DNA of 64,000 nucleotides from Alphaproteobacteria bacterium. Its GTDB lineage: Bacteria; Pseudomonadota; Alphaproteobacteria; SP197. Shown here piece after piece: positions 59,711 through 64,000 of the stretch (the stretch's first letter is position 1; every line of letters starts with the position of its first letter). The DNA is taken from assembly GCA_965228895.1 (NCBI GenBank), contig OZ245842.1, forward strand, positions 2,080,001 through 2,144,000, written 5' to 3'. The position numbers and the translations under genes were made by a program. The notes under the pieces were generated by a model. That model saw only the letters and a program-made list of their open reading frames with translations, was not told where the DNA came from and did no database searches.

Positions 59711-61068
59711 TGAGCTGGAAGCCGAACGCCGCCGCCGTCCAGGCGTTGCTTGATCATGAGATTCAAACTTTCGAAAACGATCATCCGCGTTCGCGCGCGT
59801 TGTTCGAGGCCGCCGGCGCGCATCTGCTGAACGGCGTGCCGCTCAACTGGATGCGGCGCTGGGCAGGCCCGTTTCCGCTCTACGCTGATCGTGCCAGCGG
59901 CGCCCACGTGACCGATGTCGATGGCCGCGACTACGTCGATTTCTGCATGGGCGATACCGCATCGCTGTTCGGTCACGGCCGGACAGATGTGGCGCAGGCG
60001 CTCAAGACGCGCCTTGCGACTGGCGCCAGTATGATGCTGCCGACCGCCGATGCGGCGGAAGTCGGTGCGTCACTTGCCGAACGTTTCGGTTTGCCGACTT
60101 GGCAGTTCGCGGTTTCCGCGACCGATGCCAACCGCTTCATTCTGCGTTTGGCGCGCGCGGTTACCGGCAAGCGCAAGGTCTTGCTGTTCAACGGCTGTTA
60201 TCACGGCAATTTGGTCGAGGCATTGGTTACAGCGAGAAACGGCGTCGCCGCGGCCAGTCCGGAGATGGTCGGTCATGAGGTCGACCCGCGCGAGACGACG
60301 GAAGTCGTCGAGTTCAACGACATCGAAGCGGTCGAACGTGTGCTGGCCGCCGGCGACATCGCCTGCGTCATGACCGAACCGGCGCTGACCAACTGTCGGA
60401 TCGTATTGCCCGAACCTGGTTTTCTCGAGGCGGTCAAAGCCGCCGCACACCGTCATGACGCCATCTTCGCGCTCGACGAAACACACACCATCTGCTGCGG
60501 CCCGGGCGGCTACACGGCGCTCCATGACGTCAGGCCGGACACGGTGACGCTCGGCAAGCCGATTGCCGGCGGCGTGCCGGCGGCAGCCTATGGTCTCTCT
60601 GCCGACCTCGCCGCGCGGGTTGGTGCGGTGATGGCGGAGACCGGTCCGGGCATCTTTGCCATCGGCGGTACGTTGACCGGCCATGCGCTGGCATTGGCCG
60701 GCATGCGCGTCATGCTTGACGATGTCATGACCGACAAGACGTTCGCTCCGATGATGGAAGCCGCGGAAGCGATCGAAGCAGGTGTTGGTGATGTCCTCGC
60801 GAGGCATGAATGCGACGGTCATGTCATCCGGCTCGGTGCGCGTGTTGCCTATGACCCCTTCAGCAAGACGACGTCGAACGGGCGCGATGCAATGGCGGCG
60901 ACCGATGAACTGTTCGATCGACTGCTGCACCTCTTCATGCTGAACCGCGGCGTATTGTTGACGCCGTTCCAGAACATGTGCCTGGTCGCGCCTCAGACCG
61001 CGCGCTCGGATATCGAGCGCCATAGCGGTCTGCTCGATGATCTGCTGACCGCGCTGCGTCCGTCATAA
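59710..61068 (+). CDS. Class III aminotransferase (GSA-aminomutase-like subfamily)
   Basis: DVDGRDYVDF, SATDANRF, CYHG, EPALTN, DETHT, LGKPIAGG and GGTLTG. Confidence 0.87.
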   Translation: MSWKPNAAAVQALLDHEIQTFENDHPRSRALFEAAGAHLLNGVPLNWMRRWAGPFPLYADRASGAHVTDVDGRDYVDFCMGDTASLFGHGRTDVAQALKTRLATGASMMLPTADAAEVGASLAERFGLPTWQFAVSATDANRFILRLARAVTGKRKVLLFNGCYHGNLVEALVTARNGVAAASPEMVGHEVDPRETTEVVEFNDIEAVERVLAAGDIACVMTEPALTNCRIVLPEPGFLEAVKAAAHRHDAIFALDETHTICCGPGGYTALHDVRPDTVTLGKPIAGGVPAAAYGLSADLAARVGAVMAETGPGIFAIGGTLTGHALALAGMRVMLDDVMTDKTFAPMMEAAEAIEAGVGDVLARHECDGHVIRLGARVAYDPFSKTTSNGRDAMAATDELFDRLLHLFMLNRGVLLTPFQNMCLVAPQTARSDIERHSGLLDDLLTALRPS

Positions 61069-61113
61069 ACCTGCGCCGGTTCTGCGTTACGTTCTTGTTT
61101 TGGAGATTTGCCA

Positions 61114-61512
61114 ATGCCTAGCAGTGTGGTGTCGCCGACAAAAGAGTCACTTGCCGTCGGTCCGCTGAACGCGGTTCGCCTGTTTTGTGTCGAGGTTGCC
61201 CCGGCGGCCGATTTCTATCGTGACGTTCTCGGCCTGACGGAACTGTTTCGCAGTGACGATGCCGCCATGTTTCAGAGCGGGCAGGTTGGGTTGTTGGTCG
61301 AGAAGGGCGACCCCAACGATGCAGAAGAGGCCGAGCTGATCGGGCGCTTCGCCGGCATCTCGTTCCCGGTCGACGATATCGCAGCGGTCTACGCCGCCTG
61401 GTCCGAGGCGGGCGTTAGATTTCACGGCGAGCCCAAGCGTCAGCCTTGGGGCGGTACGCTTGCCCATTTCGACGACCCCGCCGGCAACACGCTCACCCTC
61501 GTACAGGAGTAA
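61114..61512 (+). CDS. VOC/glyoxalase family protein
   Basis: FYRDVLGL, SFPVDDI and QPWGG..AHFDDPAGN. Start uncertain. Confidence 0.82.
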   Translation: MPSSVVSPTKESLAVGPLNAVRLFCVEVAPAADFYRDVLGLTELFRSDDAAMFQSGQVGLLVEKGDPNDAEEAELIGRFAGISFPVDDIAAVYAAWSEAGVRFHGEPKRQPWGGTLAHFDDPAGNTLTLVQE

Positions 61513-61530
61513 GCGCGGAACGCGACGTGT

Positions 61531-62754
61531 CTACCCCGTGAACGCCTGGAGGCCGGTCTGCGCGCGGCCCAGGATCAGGGCGTGGATATCGTGGGTGCCC
61601 TCATACGTGTTCACGGCTTCCAGGTTCAGCACGTGACGGATGACACCGTACTCGTCGCTGACGCCGTTGCCGCCATGCATGTCGCGTGACATCCGCGCGA
61701 TGTCGAGCGACTTGCCGCAGGAGTTGCGCTTGATCAGCGAGATCATTTCCGGTGCGGCGCGGTTCTCGTCCTTCAATCGTCCGACCCGGAGACATGACTG
61801 CAAACCGATCGCGATTTCCGTCTGCATGTCGGCGAGCTTCTTCTGGATCAACTGATTGGCGGCGAGCGGTCGGCCGAACTGGGTGCGCTCCAGCGTATAG
61901 GTTCGTGCGGCATGCCAGCAGAAGCTGGCGGCACCCAGCGCGCCCCAGGCTATGCCGAAGCGCGCGTTGTTGAGACAACCGAACGGGCCCTTCAGGCCGC
62001 GGATGTCGGGGAAGGCGTTTTCTTCCGGCACGAAGACGTCGTCCATGACGATTTCGCCGGTCGGCCCGGCGCGCAGACTGAACTTGCCTTCGATCTTCGG
62101 TGTCGTCAGGCCCTTCATGCCGCGTTCCAGGACAAAACCCCGGATGTCGCCCTCATCGTCTTTGGCCCAGACAACGAAGACATCGGCGATGGGCGAGTTG
62201 GAGATCCACATCTTGGCGCCGGACAAGAGGTAACCGCCATCGGCCTTGCGCGCCCGGGTCTTCATGCCACCGGGATCGGAGCCGTGATCGGGTTCGGTCA
62301 GGCCGAACGCACCGATGAACTCGCCGGTCGCGAGCTTGGGCAGGAACTTCTGCCGCTGCTCCTCGGTGCCATAGGCGTGGATCGGGTGCATGACCAGACT
62401 GGACTGGACCGAGGCCGACGAACGGTAGGCGCTGTCAACATATTCGATCTCATGGGCGATCAGGCCGTAGGCGACGTAGCTGACGCCAGCGCAGCCATAA
62501 CCGTCGATGGTCGGGCCCAACAGGCCCATCTCGCCCATCTTGGCCATGACGTCGCGGTCGCTCGACTCGTTGCGGAAATCGTCCTGAACGCGCCCCATCA
62601 GGTAGTCGCCGGCGAATTGGCGCGTGCTGTCGCGGATCATGCGCTCGTCTTCGGTCAACTGCTCGTCGAGCAGGAACGGATCGTCCCATTGGAAATGGGC
62701 GCGCTGCTTGGCGCTGGAAGAGGAGGTGCCCGACTGGGCCGCTGCCTTGCTCAT
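61531..62754 (-). CDS. gcdH: Glutaryl-CoA dehydrogenase
   Basis: [49 protein letters not shown] and [21 protein letters not shown]. Confidence 0.92.
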   Translation of the reverse strand: MSKAAAQSGTSSSSAKQRAHFQWDDPFLLDEQLTEDERMIRDSTRQFAGDYLMGRVQDDFRNESSDRDVMAKMGEMGLLGPTIDGYGCAGVSYVAYGLIAHEIEYVDSAYRSSASVQSSLVMHPIHAYGTEEQRQKFLPKLATGEFIGAFGLTEPDHGSDPGGMKTRARKADGGYLLSGAKMWISNSPIADVFVVWAKDDEGDIRGFVLERGMKGLTTPKIEGKFSLRAGPTGEIVMDDVFVPEENAFPDIRGLKGPFGCLNNARFGIAWGALGAASFCWHAARTYTLERTQFGRPLAANQLIQKKLADMQTEIAIGLQSCLRVGRLKDENRAAPEMISLIKRNSCGKSLDIARMSRDMHGGNGVSDEYGVIRHVLNLEAVNTYEGTHDIHALILGRAQTGLQAFTG

Positions 62755-62836
62755 GATCGAGGCTCCGCGTCGCGAATATGGAGGTTAACCGATCATATAG
62801 CGCCTTACCGGGTGCTTGGCGAGGGTAGCGCTGCCA

Positions 62837-64000
62837 TCACTGGTTGGTCCGTGCCAGGTCGTCTCCGGCTTCGACCACCAGTTCGGCGAGCCGGTCGACG
62901 TGCTGACGACTGGTTCCGTAGTGCATGATGTTGGCGCGGATCGCGAACCGGCCGTTCAGTACGGTTTGGGACGGATAGGCTTCGCCGTCGGCCTGGATCT
63001 TGGCCAAAACGGCCTTGTTGAGGGCGTTGAGGCGATCGTCATCGCCGCGCAAAGCTTTGGGCGCGAAGCGAAAACAGACGATAGACAGTTCGACGGGTGC
63101 AAGAAGTTCCAGATCGTCACGTTCGTCGATGACACTAGCGAGGTGACGGGCGAGGCTGTTGTGGCGTGTCACGGTCTTGGCGAGGCCCTGGCGGCCGATA
63201 TGCATCAAGGTCGCCCAGACCTTGAACGCACGGTAGCTGCGGGTTAGCGGAAAACTGTACTCCATCGGCGGGCCCAGTTCATCGCGGCTGTCGGGACCGT
63301 CCACGCGGATGTAAGGCGGAATCAGAGAAAACGTGTCGCGCAAATTGGCGGCATCGCGCACCAGGACACAGCCGCACTCGATCGGCACGGCCATCCATTT
63401 GTGAGGATCGAGGGCGAGCGAGTCCGCCCGCGCCAAACCGGCGAACTGGGGGGCGAGATCGGCGTCCAGGAAACCGAAGGCGCCGTAGGCGCCGTCGACG
63501 TGGAGCCACAGCCCTTCGCGTTCGGCGATGTCGGCAAGACCGTCCAGATCGTCGATCGCACCGGTGTTGACGGTTCCGGCGCTGCCGACAACACAGAACG
63601 GGTGAAATCCATCTTTCTTATCTTTATCAACAAGTTCCGCTAGTTTATTGAGGTCCATATGGAAGTTGTCATCGGTGGATACCTGCCGGATGGCGTCGCT
63701 GCCCAAACCCATCAGCTCAACCGCTTTTCTGACACAGGCGTGGACTTCGCCACCGGCATAGAGCATCAGGCGCGGGCCGCCGTGGAGCCCGTCTTTCCGG
63801 ATATCCCATCCTAATCGCTTGGCGGCATGGTGCCGTGCTGCTGCAAGCGCTGTCAGGTTCGCCATCGAGCCGCCGGAGGTCAGCACGCCGTGGGCCTCGG
63901 GGTTGGTGAACCCCATCAACGTCTTCAGCCAGCCGATCACGCAGCGCTCCAGGACGATCGCGCCGTGGAAACCGCCGCCGCACGCGATATTGGCCGACGC
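62837..64000 (-). CDS. Group II PLP-dependent decarboxylase (aromatic-L-amino-acid/diaminobutyrate decarboxylase family), 5' end outside the window
   Basis: SGGSMANL, AGTVNTGAIDD, WLHVDGAYG and DPHKW; the frame stays open to base 64000. Confidence 0.9.
   Translation of the reverse strand, partial: ASANIACGGGFHGAIVLERCVIGWLKTLMGFTNPEAHGVLTSGGSMANLTALAAARHHAAKRLGWDIRKDGLHGGPRLMLYAGGEVHACVRKAVELMGLGSDAIRQVSTDDNFHMDLNKLAELVDKDKKDGFHPFCVVGSAGTVNTGAIDDLDGLADIAEREGLWLHVDGAYGAFGFLDADLAPQFAGLARADSLALDPHKWMAVPIECGCVLVRDAANLRDTFSLIPPYIRVDGPDSRDELGPPMEYSFPLTRSYRAFKVWATLMHIGRQGLAKTVTRHNSLARHLASVIDERDDLELLAPVELSIVCFRFAPKALRGDDDRLNALNKAVLAKIQADGEAYPSQTVLNGRFAIRANIMHYGTSRQHVDRLAELVVEAGDDLARTNQ

Overview
A GC-rich chromosomal window from an alphaproteobacterium (Rhodospirillales-like gene content and synteny). 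From left to right it holds: (1) an accessory block of envelope and signalling genes, with a SEL1-repeat protein, a lipoprotein, an apparently catalytically degenerate O-GlcNAc-transferase-like TPR protein, a truncated 2OG-Fe(II) oxygenase, a cytochrome c, IalB and an orphan FixJ-type regulator; (2) a ~12-kb divergent amine-catabolism cluster, an expanded Pseudomonas PA5506-PA5510-like gamma-glutamylation module with a Liv-type ABC transporter; (3) nucleotide-sugar genes; (4) the conserved dapA-smpB-udg-NYN-folK-rpoZ-spoT-acpS-lepB-rnc-era-recO-parC region, with an inserted secreted ATAxxN-repeat protein; (5) TRAP and SLC13 transporters, hydrolases and hemB; (6) an OsmC-family gene plus metY behind two tandem SAM-II riboswitch aptamers separated by an intrinsic terminator; (7) polyamine and glutarate-related genes. 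The best leads are the tandem SAM-II/terminator/SAM-II leader on an OsmC-metY unit, the gamma-glutamylation cluster, the pseudo-OGT, a family of TAGAGC...GCTCTA palindromic intergenic elements, and a 29-bp RNA stem inside the rnc operon. No rRNA, tRNA, CRISPR array, transposase or phage gene was seen. All calls come from reading motifs by eye; no database searches were run.
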